25,155 bases of DNA from Promethearchaeota archaeon (GTDB lineage Archaea > Asgardarchaeota > Hermodarchaeia > Hermodarchaeales > Hermodarchaeaceae), in contig JBHLPR010000032.1 of the NCBI GenBank assembly GCA_048939245.1, forward strand, positions 1 to 25,155, given 5' to 3'. The notes below the pieces were generated by a model. That model searched no databases. It was not told where the DNA came from and worked only from the letters and a program-made list of their open reading frames with translations. The stretch's first letter is position 1. Each line of letters begins with the position of its first letter. A program made the position numbers and the translations under genes. This document shows, piece after piece, positions 1-8,846 of this stretch.

Positions 1-1
1 G

Positions 2-1555
2 CCCACAGGGCTTTCTGGTTGGTATAATATTTCCCTTCCAAGTGATATCTTTGCCGTTGGTGTATACCAATTAACACTGAGTTGTGATCACGAAGGTTAT
101 CAATATACAATGACTTCAATCGGGTTAAATATCCAACCTTGTCAAACATCTTTGATAATTGATGAAATCACCACGGAATTAGAAGAAACTGGAATCATCA
201 TTCCACTAAATGGAACCGCTTGGGATGTCCCACGCGGAGACATCCTACGAATCTATTTTAATTTCACAGACACAGACGGTCGGGTGATTCTGAATGCAAC
301 CGGGTCCTATTCATGGCAATTGGGTAGTGGGGTACTTCAATTTAGGAATGGTCTCTATGTCGCCCAAATAAATCTCACCGATGTAACTCCTGGGCTCTAT
401 AGCCTTACCATTTCGCTAACACGTCAAAATTTCGAAACTGCTACTGCTCCATACTTACAGCTAAATGTGATTCACGTACCCACAGAAATCACTGGATTAT
501 CAGACACGATTACCATCTTTACTGGTGAAGCATTCAGTCTTCATGTAACATTTACAGATACCTACCATAACGTCATCATCACCGATGCCACCCTATATGT
601 CTCCATACCTAGTCTTGGATTAGATTTGCGACCAATGGTGAACAACGGAGATGGGACCTATTCTTTAGCTGGACTATCCGCTCTTGTTGAAGGAACATCT
701 TCTATTATTATCGAATCCTCTGCCGCACCGAAATACGCACACACACAAAGTACTGCCACGCTTATTGTGAGCCTCAGTCCAGTCACAAGAACAGCCATCC
801 AAGCTGGTGCACTTCTTGGAGTTATACTAGTTATCTCCCTACTTATCTGGTTGGCTTACGTAAGGGTTTACTCAATTCCATGGATTGTACGAAAAATGCG
901 GAAAATGAGTAAATCAATTGACCATGGTCAAATGCCCTCTCTTTCAAAGAACGAAATTAATCGGATTCCGAATCGCGACACTCAACTAGTTACAATGATG
1001 TCACCCTCTTATGAAGCTTCAAGTTTAACAATTCAACCCTATGTACTTCCCACAGCTGAACTCCCTACTGAAAGAAGATCTGAAGATGATGCCATATTAC
1101 TTGAATTGGAACAATTGGAGGGTTTAGGTGAGAATCAAAAAGAACAGCTGTTTGAACAAATGAAAAAGATTCCAGCCAAAGACCGGGTGTGGTTCATGGA
1201 GGACATGAAACGGCAAATGGCGGAAGGTCGGTTTGATTATCTAAAAACAGGGGATGCTGAAGTTGAAGAAGAAGCACCTGCTGAAGAGAGACCTGAGAAA
1301 CCTGGGTTGAGCCCTGTAGAACAAGCAACACTAGTTGCGGTACTGAGGGAAGGGCTCGAACAATTCACGGTAATAAGTGATGGAGATAAAGATGCCCTTG
1401 TCCAACAACTGATTATCATGACGCCCAAAGAACGGGAAGCGACAATTAAGAAATTAATGGCTCGGATGAAAGGTTTACAGCTTGAAGAACCTGAGCCTAA
1501 ACCAAAACTAAAGAAGCGAAAGAAGAAAGCCGATTTTGACACTAGTGATTCATAA
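2..1555 (+). CDS. C-terminal part of a large membrane-anchored surface protein (Ig-like beta-sandwich repeats, single TM helix, acidic helical cytoplasmic tail); 5'-truncated by the window edge
   Basis: The frame of the 110..1555 ORF is open back to base 2 (PTGLSGWYNISLPSDIFAVGVYQLTLSCDHEGYQYT-M). It has Thr-rich beta repeats with GxYxLT and NGDGTYSL motifs, a hydrophobic segment AGALLGVILVISLLIWLAYV followed by RKMRK (positive-inside), a charged tail and a TAA stop at 1553-1555. Confidence 0.8.
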   Translation, partial: PTGLSGWYNISLPSDIFAVGVYQLTLSCDHEGYQYTMTSIGLNIQPCQTSLIIDEITTELEETGIIIPLNGTAWDVPRGDILRIYFNFTDTDGRVILNATGSYSWQLGSGVLQFRNGLYVAQINLTDVTPGLYSLTISLTRQNFETATAPYLQLNVIHVPTEITGLSDTITIFTGEAFSLHVTFTDTYHNVIITDATLYVSIPSLGLDLRPMVNNGDGTYSLAGLSALVEGTSSIIIESSAAPKYAHTQSTATLIVSLSPVTRTAIQAGALLGVILVISLLIWLAYVRVYSIPWIVRKMRKMSKSIDHGQMPSLSKNEINRIPNRDTQLVTMMSPSYEASSLTIQPYVLPTAELPTERRSEDDAILLELEQLEGLGENQKEQLFEQMKKIPAKDRVWFMEDMKRQMAEGRFDYLKTGDAEVEEEAPAEERPEKPGLSPVEQATLVAVLREGLEQFTVISDGDKDALVQQLIIMTPKEREATIKKLMARMKGLQLEEPEPKPKLKKRKKKADFDTSDS

Positions 1556-1652
1556 TATCAACTTTCACTTGCTCTAAGTTTATCATACAATTCTTATGGA
1601 ACTGGCAAGACTTTTAATTTCTAAGTGTGCTAGGTGATTTTCAATCGAGGCG

Positions 1653-2033
1653 ATGGTTATGAAACAAATAGGAGAAGGTCTTATCACTCTCCAGAAATCA
1701 GCGCAGGGAACTCTTCGAATTATTTCTTCGATAGAAGATGTACTCAAATTGCTTAAAGACCTTAAAGCGGAGGAGGCATCGAATTCAGTTACTGAAACGT
1801 TGGTTCTCGTTGAGGATGCTGGCACAACAACCTTAGCTCCAATTCTTTCTCGTCTAAAGGGGGTGGTCTGTACTTCAGGAGCTTTAGGATCTCACCTTGC
1901 CATTGTAACCCGTGAATTTGGAATCCCCGCTCTCATGGGCACAAAAATAGATTATGCTGGCAAACTTGAATTGCAACAAGTCAAAATTGAGCCACGTGAT
2001 ACACCAAATGGTGTTCTACTTATTGATGAATAA
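1653..2033 (+). CDS. Stand-alone PEP-utilising enzyme mobile (phospho-histidine swivel) domain protein
   Basis: GVVCTSGALGSHLAIVTREFGIPALMG matches the swivel-domain signature (GGxTSHxAIxARExGIPxxxG). The His codon is at 1893-1895. An SD-like GAGGCG lies upstream, so the start may be ATG 1659. Confidence 0.85.
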   Translation: MVMKQIGEGLITLQKSAQGTLRIISSIEDVLKLLKDLKAEEASNSVTETLVLVEDAGTTTLAPILSRLKGVVCTSGALGSHLAIVTREFGIPALMGTKIDYAGKLELQQVKIEPRDTPNGVLLIDE

Positions 2034-2052
2034 TACCGATGCTTGCGGGAGA

Positions 2053-3060
2053 ATGAAGATGCCACCGTTTCCACCGAGAAAATTCGTTCCCTCGAATCTC
2101 CAGATTGAATTTCTTGATCGTGTGCCAACTAATCAACCAGAACTCTTCGGTGGAAAAGCTGTGAACCTGGCACGGCTTCACCAAATGGGAATTTCAATAC
2201 CCAAAGGATTTGCCCTCTCTACTCAGTGTTTTATTCAATTTCAGTCATCCTATCAAGATTTGGAATCCTATAAAACTCTCCATACTAAACTGACAGATTT
2301 TGAAACGCTTCTTCATTCTTCAGAGGAATTTCAAAACCAAGCAAAAGAATTTGAATTACCTGAGAGCGTCGCTAAAGAAATTATTACTAAATTCGAACAA
2401 CTCGAAAAAACCCATGAAGATGTCCATGCAGGCTATGCTGTTCGTTCCTCTGCTACAACCGAAGATGTCAATGAATTTTCCTTTGCAGGTCAAGCTGACA
2501 GCTTTCTTTGCGTAAAGGATCTCTCCGGTATCCTAGAAGCTGTAAAACGCACTTGGCTTTCTCTTAACTCAGCTAGAGCACTCATCTATTTGAAGAGCAA
2601 AAGCATCAACCCCCATCACGTGTATATGGGCGTGATTGTCCAAGAGATGGTGCTGGGTGAAGTATCAGGGACTATGTTCACCACGAACGTTGTCAATAAC
2701 AATCCTGATCAACTTATCATCGACTCTACCTGGGGGTTGGGCGAAAGCGTTGTTGCTGGTAAGGTAATCCCCGATTCATTTTTTCTCCAAAAAGCTCCGT
2801 TGAAAATCCTCAAGCGACACCTTGGTGAGAAAGCCCTCTATAGTGCTCCACATCCCGCTGATCGACCTGAATGTACCTTATTTTTAGAAACACCTCAAGA
2901 AAAACGGGAAATATTCTCGATTGCTGACGAAAAACTCTACGAGCTCGCACGGTTAGGTCTTCAAATCGAAACGGCAATGAATCTACCTCAAGACATCGAA
3001 TGGACATTAAAAGAGGATTCATTTATCATCCTTCAGACCCGACCAATAACCACATTCTAG
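2053..3060 (+). CDS. Stand-alone PEP/pyruvate-binding (PPDK_N, ATP-grasp) domain protein of the PEP synthase/dikinase family
   Basis: Motifs GGKAVNLARL, IPKGFAL, YAVRSSATTED..SFAGQ, VIVQEMV, SGTMFT, WGLGESVV, PQDIEW and ILQTRPITT. The protein ends exactly at the end of the ATP-grasp domain. Start moved from 1954 (which overlaps the upstream gene) to ATG 2053/2059 after GGGAG. Confidence 0.9.
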   Translation: MKMPPFPPRKFVPSNLQIEFLDRVPTNQPELFGGKAVNLARLHQMGISIPKGFALSTQCFIQFQSSYQDLESYKTLHTKLTDFETLLHSSEEFQNQAKEFELPESVAKEIITKFEQLEKTHEDVHAGYAVRSSATTEDVNEFSFAGQADSFLCVKDLSGILEAVKRTWLSLNSARALIYLKSKSINPHHVYMGVIVQEMVLGEVSGTMFTTNVVNNNPDQLIIDSTWGLGESVVAGKVIPDSFFLQKAPLKILKRHLGEKALYSAPHPADRPECTLFLETPQEKREIFSIADEKLYELARLGLQIETAMNLPQDIEWTLKEDSFIILQTRPITTF

Positions 3061-3242
3061 GCCTCTTTGTCATATTCTTCTCATTCAGCAGCTCTCAACA
3101 CTCTTCGAAACTTTCCGGTTTTCAACGAAGGAGATATATGGCATCTTTGAAAGAGTTATTTCAGGCTTGATTGAAGCTTGGGGAACGAAAGGTCAGCCAA
3201 GTCATATTCCCTTCCCCGACAAATTCGTAAAAGGTGATCTTA

Positions 3243-6200
3243 ATGCCTCCCGACGAGCAACCCGTACAAAAGACTCAGGATTCAGCGATTTTAGAACTGA
3301 TAGCAGAAGAATCCCCCCTAGGCATCATCGTTATCCAAGATGATCGGGTTCTCTTTGCAAATAAGGAACTTGCCCAACTCATTGGTTTTAGTCTGTCAAA
3401 TCTTCACAGGATGACGACGAATGATTTTATGCAATTTATTGCCGATGCTGATAAACTCGGAGCAAGCCAAAGGTTGAATTCAGCTGTTGGAGGTGAAATT
3501 AAGACAAAATTCTATGATGTTCGTGTAAAAGACAAGAAGGGAATGGAAAGGTGGCTTCAAATACTACCACGTGGAATCAAAATTCAGGATAAACCCGCAA
3601 TCCTTGCTATGGTCGCTGATATTACCAAACAAAAACATATTGCTCAGGCTCATCAGGACTTGGTTAACCATTCACTCCAAGGTCTTATCATCATCCAAGA
3701 TATGCACGTAGTCTTTTCTAATCAGGCATTTGCTGATATCAGTGGATATACAATTGAAGAACTCCTAAACCTTACTCCGGAAGAAGTCAAAGCTCGAGTG
3801 CACACCGATTATCAAAAACGGGTATGGGGTCGGATGCAAGATCGCCTTAAAGGCAAATCTGTTCCCTCTCATTATCAATTCAAAGCAATTCGCAAAGATG
3901 GATCTGAGCGTTGGTTAGAGATGTTTGTCACTGTAATTGAATATGAAGGGAAACCAGCAGTTCAAGCAACATTCCTAGATATCACCGAAAAACAAGAGGC
4001 TGATATTAAGCTTCAAGAATCCGAAGCCCGCTATCGCGGACTCTTTGATGAAATACCCGTTGGCCTTTATCGAACCAGCGCAGCAGGCGATATTGTCGAC
4101 GCAAATCCTGCAATTGTAAGATTACTTGGTGCAGAAGATAAAGAAACACTTCTAGAAATGAATGCGTCAGACTTTTATGTAGATCGTCATGAACGTGAAC
4201 GTTTTAAAGAAAAATTAGGCAAAGAAGGAATTGTTACAGGTCATGAGGTACAATTCAAACGTTTAGATGACAGAATTATTTGGGTCCGTGATACTTTCCG
4301 TGCAATTCGTGATGAAAAAGGGGTAATTCAATATTATGAAGGATCCTTAGAGGATACCACTGAACGGGTGAAGGCGGAAGAAGCCCTCAAAGAACGAGAG
4401 CGCCGATATCGTGCTCTATTTGAACGCACCAACGATGCTGTGTTTATTATTTCACTTGATTTGAAGCATCTGGATGTTAATCAGCGTGCTGCTGAATTAT
4501 TAGGCTATACCTTGGACGAGATGGTTGGGATGCCGGTTGAGCAGGTTGTTGGACAAGGTGAATATGAGGACAGTAGACGCGTCTTGAAATCGTTATTAGC
4601 AGGTGATCATGTTCCAGTCTATGAACGTATTTTCAGGAAAAAAACCGGAGAAGAATTTCCAGTAGAAATCAATGCTGCACTCGTTACCGATAATGAAGGC
4701 ATTCCAGTTCATATTCAAAGTGTAGCTCGAGATATTTCTGAAAGAAAACAAGCGGAACTTGCTTTGAAAGAAAGTGAAGAAAAATACCGAACGTTAGTGG
4801 AAACGTCCCCTGATGCTATAACAGTTACAGACTTAGAAGGCAAAGTCATCATGGTGAATCGTCAAGCTCTTCAACTGTACGGTGTTGGCAGTGAAAAGGA
4901 ATTGATTGGCGTTAATGCGTTTGAACTAATTTCTCCCGATGATGTTCCAATTGCTATGAAGAACATGCAAAAAACACTAGAGAAAGGGACCTCTGGAACT
5001 TTAGAGTATAACTTACTTCGACGAGATGGCACACCTTACCCAGCTGAACTTAATGCGACTCTCATGAAAGATACCGATGGGAACCCCACAGCATTCATCG
5101 GAGTCATTCGCGATATTAGTGAGCGAAAGGAAGCTGAAGCCCGATATCGTCAACTTTTTGATAGCGTTCCAGTTGGGCTTTTTAGAACAACACCGGATGG
5201 AACCATTCTTGATTCCAATCCCGCTCTAATTGAAATGTTGGGATTTGATGATAAAGAATCCCTTCTTAAACGGAAAGCATCCAGTTTCTATGTGGACCCT
5301 GCTGGCCGAAAACAATGGGAAACTGCCGTTGCCCGAGAAGATGTCGTTACTGGAGTTCTAGCTGAATTTCAAAGGGTGGATGAGGAAAGAATTTGGGTTG
5401 AATTAACCGCACGGGCAATTCGTGATAAAGAAGGGAAAGTGGTCTATTATGAAGGGACATTAGAGGATATCACTAATCGTAAAAGAAGTGAAGATGCAGT
5501 TCGAGAATCTGAAGCAAAATATCGGGCACTAATCGAACAATCTTTTCAAGGTATTATAATCATCCAAGATAATCAGATTGTGTTTGCGAATCCGCAAATG
5601 GAAGAAATTGTGGACATAACTCCAGAAGAACTTCTTAAGATGCCTCCCAACGCGTTTTGGGAACGAATTCACCCTGAAGATATTCAATGGATTCAAGACC
5701 GCTTTCGAGACCGCTTCGCTGGAAAGGAAGTACCAGATCGTTACGAAATTCGAGTACTTTCACCAGATGGTCGAATCCAGTGGATTGAAATTTGGGTCAA
5801 AATGATTGACTACCAAGGCGAAGCCGCAATACAGGTGACTTTATCCGATGTAACAGAGCGGAAACGAGCAGAGATGCTTATTCGCGAATCTGAGGAGAAG
5901 TATCGAACGCTTGTTGAGCAATCGCTCTTTGGAATAGTAATTTCTCGTGGTCCTCCACTTCGGATGTTCTTCGTTAATGAAGCATTCGCTGAAATGATCG
6001 GTTATACTGTCGAAGAAATTCTAGCCATGTCTCCGAGCAAAGTAAAAGAACTAATCCATCCGTCTGATCAGGATTTGGTTATTGGACGCGCTGAGGAACG
6101 ATTAGCTGGCAAAGCCGTTCCTGAAAAATATGAATACCGCATGGTGAAAAAAGATGGATCCATACTTTGGGTGGAAATCTTCGCGCATCGCATTGAATAT

Positions 6201-6674
6201 CAGGGAGAACCTGCGGTGCAAGCCGCCTACATCGATATCACTGAACGCAAGGAAGCTGAAGCCGCATTACAAGAATCTGAAGAACGGTTCCGGGCATTAG
6301 TAGAAGATCTTTCCGATTGGGTTTGGGAAATGGATCTCACCGGGAAATTCGTCTACACGAATAATGCCGTTGAGGATATAATCGGATTTTCTGCAGGACA
6401 AGTCTTGGGATGCACACCATGTGACTTTTTACGCCCTGATGATATCAGTCGGGCACAGGACACATGGAAAGAGCTCAAGGAAAGACGACGCCCTATCCGT
6501 ACAATTGTTATCCAGATGGTTCATCGGGATGAATCTGATGTAATCCTTGAAGCACGCGGTCGACCCATTTTCAACGAATCTGGTGAACTCCTAGGATTTC
6601 GGGGTGTCTGCCGAGATATCACTGACCGCATTAAAATGCTAGAACAACTACGCGAACTCGATGATCGACTTTAG
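3243..6674 (+). CDS. Soluble multi-PAS protein (9 tandem PAS/PAC domains) with no recognisable output domain
   Basis: Nine units end in DITKQK/DITEKQ/DTTERV/DISERK/DISERK/DITNRK/DVTERK/DITERK/DITDRI, most joined by ESExxYRxL linkers. No TM helix and no HisKA/HATPase/REC/GGDEF after the last PAS. SD GGTGA at 3233-3237 favours ATG 3243. Confidence 0.9.
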   Translation: MPPDEQPVQKTQDSAILELIAEESPLGIIVIQDDRVLFANKELAQLIGFSLSNLHRMTTNDFMQFIADADKLGASQRLNSAVGGEIKTKFYDVRVKDKKGMERWLQILPRGIKIQDKPAILAMVADITKQKHIAQAHQDLVNHSLQGLIIIQDMHVVFSNQAFADISGYTIEELLNLTPEEVKARVHTDYQKRVWGRMQDRLKGKSVPSHYQFKAIRKDGSERWLEMFVTVIEYEGKPAVQATFLDITEKQEADIKLQESEARYRGLFDEIPVGLYRTSAAGDIVDANPAIVRLLGAEDKETLLEMNASDFYVDRHERERFKEKLGKEGIVTGHEVQFKRLDDRIIWVRDTFRAIRDEKGVIQYYEGSLEDTTERVKAEEALKERERRYRALFERTNDAVFIISLDLKHLDVNQRAAELLGYTLDEMVGMPVEQVVGQGEYEDSRRVLKSLLAGDHVPVYERIFRKKTGEEFPVEINAALVTDNEGIPVHIQSVARDISERKQAELALKESEEKYRTLVETSPDAITVTDLEGKVIMVNRQALQLYGVGSEKELIGVNAFELISPDDVPIAMKNMQKTLEKGTSGTLEYNLLRRDGTPYPAELNATLMKDTDGNPTAFIGVIRDISERKEAEARYRQLFDSVPVGLFRTTPDGTILDSNPALIEMLGFDDKESLLKRKASSFYVDPAGRKQWETAVAREDVVTGVLAEFQRVDEERIWVELTARAIRDKEGKVVYYEGTLEDITNRKRSEDAVRESEAKYRALIEQSFQGIIIIQDNQIVFANPQMEEIVDITPEELLKMPPNAFWERIHPEDIQWIQDRFRDRFAGKEVPDRYEIRVLSPDGRIQWIEIWVKMIDYQGEAAIQVTLSDVTERKRAEMLIRESEEKYRTLVEQSLFGIVISRGPPLRMFFVNEAFAEMIGYTVEEILAMSPSKVKELIHPSDQDLVIGRAEERLAGKAVPEKYEYRMVKKDGSILWVEIFAHRIEYQGEPAVQAAYIDITERKEAEAALQESEERFRALVEDLSDWVWEMDLTGKFVYTNNAVEDIIGFSAGQVLGCTPCDFLRPDDISRAQDTWKELKERRRPIRTIVIQMVHRDESDVILEARGRPIFNESGELLGFRGVCRDITDRIKMLEQLRELDDRL

Positions 6675-6746
6675 CTTCAAAGCTGGTCGCACTAGAATCC
6701 TTAAATGCAACATCCAGGCATCCTATCTCCCAAGAGATGTGATGCT

Positions 6747-7916
6747 ATGATTGGAGATCTTAGCACCAACAAAGCAAACACCTTCCTTCACCGAGCTAGC
6801 GCCGCTAGCACATACCTTCTCTCCCAACGAACCGCCCTTGAATCCAAACTTTTCCCCGTTACAGCATATAATAGTGTAGCCTGTGCTCAAATCTATCGCG
6901 ATTACCAGTATAATATCTTCACAGAACTCGCCAAACATGTCTCTCCAGAGGAGATTGGTCAACGCTGTCGAACCTTGGCCGCTTATCCAAACGTCTTAGG
7001 CGTTTGGGCATTTATTGGTCTCTGGGGACTCGGACGCATGCAAGACCTCTATGATGCTGGTGGAGCAGAACATGAACAACCCGAACGCCGGAAACAAGCC
7101 AGATTTATGATTGATTTCTGGTATCGCATGGCCACCAGCTATTATGATAGCGACAAACCCCTTGCTGCTGAAAATAATGATACGGCCTGTGTGCTTCCTG
7201 AGAATATTCTCGAAATGGTCAAACAAGAGCTCCAACCATTAGATAACGACCAGCGGATGCAACTCAAACGTACCATGGCGCAGCTTTACCTTGCTGAGTT
7301 TCTCTCATATTGTGAGTGTCGAGCTAGTATCCATGAAATGGGACCATACCCTTTTAGTAAAAACGAGTATCTCATCTTCCGAGAATTCTCACCTCTCTAT
7401 GATGGTTCCCGGCTTATCTGGGACTGGCACGATACGAAAGCAACATCTCCGGTCCCCAATCTATCCGTTGCCTTAGTCGTGAAGGATATGGACGAACTCG
7501 TCTTTACTGATTTTGCTACGCTCTTTCCAAAACCAGAAGATTACTCTGACCATATCACCCAATTTGCGCTCTTCACCCGTTTCGACGACAAAATCGAAAC
7601 TACTCCCTTTTCAGTTCTCAACGATCTAGAGCAGTTTGCTACCGATGTCCAAACCGAACTTTACCTCGAATTCGCTGAATGGGATGATGTTAAACGACTC
7701 AAAGCTGGCTCATCAGTCTTCCTAAAATGGTTCTACATCTTCACTGACATGGGCAACATCACTGATAAAATCACCATGGGTTTAGACGAAGACAAGGTTG
7801 GTGATTATATCCAACTCATGCTCAAATCTATGGGGCATCCTGCGTGGGCTCGACTCTTTCGCAGCACAGCCGAATGTGAAAAAGATCCCACCTTCTACGA
7901 ACTTCTCGACGAATAG
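6747..7916 (+). CDS. Uncharacterised protein, candidate substrate-binding subunit of the split PEP-dikinase
   Basis: Long ORF (389 aa from ATG 6747; 403 aa from 6705). Motifs RTALESKLFPVTAY, DFWYR, GPYP and TDFATLFPKPEDY resemble a hypothetical family I recall next to stand-alone PEP-mobile domains in Actinobacteria (recollection, unverified). Confidence 0.6.
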   Translation: MIGDLSTNKANTFLHRASAASTYLLSQRTALESKLFPVTAYNSVACAQIYRDYQYNIFTELAKHVSPEEIGQRCRTLAAYPNVLGVWAFIGLWGLGRMQDLYDAGGAEHEQPERRKQARFMIDFWYRMATSYYDSDKPLAAENNDTACVLPENILEMVKQELQPLDNDQRMQLKRTMAQLYLAEFLSYCECRASIHEMGPYPFSKNEYLIFREFSPLYDGSRLIWDWHDTKATSPVPNLSVALVVKDMDELVFTDFATLFPKPEDYSDHITQFALFTRFDDKIETTPFSVLNDLEQFATDVQTELYLEFAEWDDVKRLKAGSSVFLKWFYIFTDMGNITDKITMGLDEDKVGDYIQLMLKSMGHPAWARLFRSTAECEKDPTFYELLDE

Positions 7917-7928
7917 GTGCACTCCATC

Positions 7929-8831
7929 ATGTCAAGTGAAGTCTCCAAATCCGACGAACAGTTCCATGAACCTACCAACGATCCAGACTGGAAGGAATCC
8001 TACTACTTCCAATTATACAACCCTGAAACTAAATTGGCCGCTTTCTTCTACATCTCCGCTTATCCTAACATTCCCAAACGCGATTATCTCGTTGCTTTCC
8101 TTCATGATGGTCAAACCGATATCTATCTTAATACACTTCCAACCTCCGGAAAACTTGACAAATTGGAAGATGGGAAACTCCGATTCGAGCTCATCAAACC
8201 CCATGACCAATGGAAAATCCATTTCGACGATGGAAAAAGGTTTACAAATCTCAAATTTACCGGACGCTTCGAGTCCTTCGCCTATGATCCCAAACAAGCA
8301 TACAAGAAGGGTATTCTAGAACAAGAGCACTACGAACAAGGCTGTTTCGTCAATGGAACGATTAGATTAGCTGATGGCACCGAACACCAACTCAGCTGTT
8401 TTGGACATCGAGACCACTCCTGGGGACTTCGTGATTATGCCGCCATCGATGAATGGAACTGGATTGCTGTTCAATTTTCTTGGTGCACTATCAACCTCCT
8501 CAAACTGCATATTGGCAAAAAACATGAAACAGCGGGTTTCCTGTCAAGCCTTATCGGTAACCAACACCTCACTGATATCACATTCACAACCCATTTCGAA
8601 TCGGATGGTCTAACCCCTCAAGGTTTCACCGTCCAGTTCACAGACGAAGGAAAGAAACAATGGCACCTCGAATCAACGAAACTCCAAACCATGGTCTACC
8701 CACCACGACAAGCTAAGGCTGGATATGAAACCCATATCTATGAAATAGTCTCACAATTCACCCTTAAAGGCGATCCCAGTTTTGGATATGGAATATCAGA
8801 GTACCTAATTAGCCGAAAAACATCGAAATAA
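7929..8831 (+). CDS. AttH/CrtC/tocopherol-cyclase-like double beta-barrel protein (DUF7064/DUF7065-like)
   Basis: Motifs HEP..DPDWKESYYF, EHYEQ, G(T)I and GHRDHSWGLRDY...WNW; beta-rich sequence. SD AGGTG at 7915-7919 precedes ATG 7929. Confidence 0.65.
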   Translation: MSSEVSKSDEQFHEPTNDPDWKESYYFQLYNPETKLAAFFYISAYPNIPKRDYLVAFLHDGQTDIYLNTLPTSGKLDKLEDGKLRFELIKPHDQWKIHFDDGKRFTNLKFTGRFESFAYDPKQAYKKGILEQEHYEQGCFVNGTIRLADGTEHQLSCFGHRDHSWGLRDYAAIDEWNWIAVQFSWCTINLLKLHIGKKHETAGFLSSLIGNQHLTDITFTTHFESDGLTPQGFTVQFTDEGKKQWHLESTKLQTMVYPPRQAKAGYETHIYEIVSQFTLKGDPSFGYGISEYLISRKTSK

Positions 8832-8846
8832 CCGGATGCCCTCTCT

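Noticed and set aside
1495-1530. KPKLKKRKKK as a nuclear localisation signal
   Set aside because: Prokaryotic membrane-anchored protein; lysine-rich tails are common and there is no evidence for import machinery.
1954-2052. N-terminal extension of the ATP-grasp ORF overlapping the swivel gene (possible frameshifted single gene)
   Set aside because: The extension has no domain similarity, both domains are complete in their own ORFs, and an SD precedes ATG 2053/2059. No slippery site is evident.
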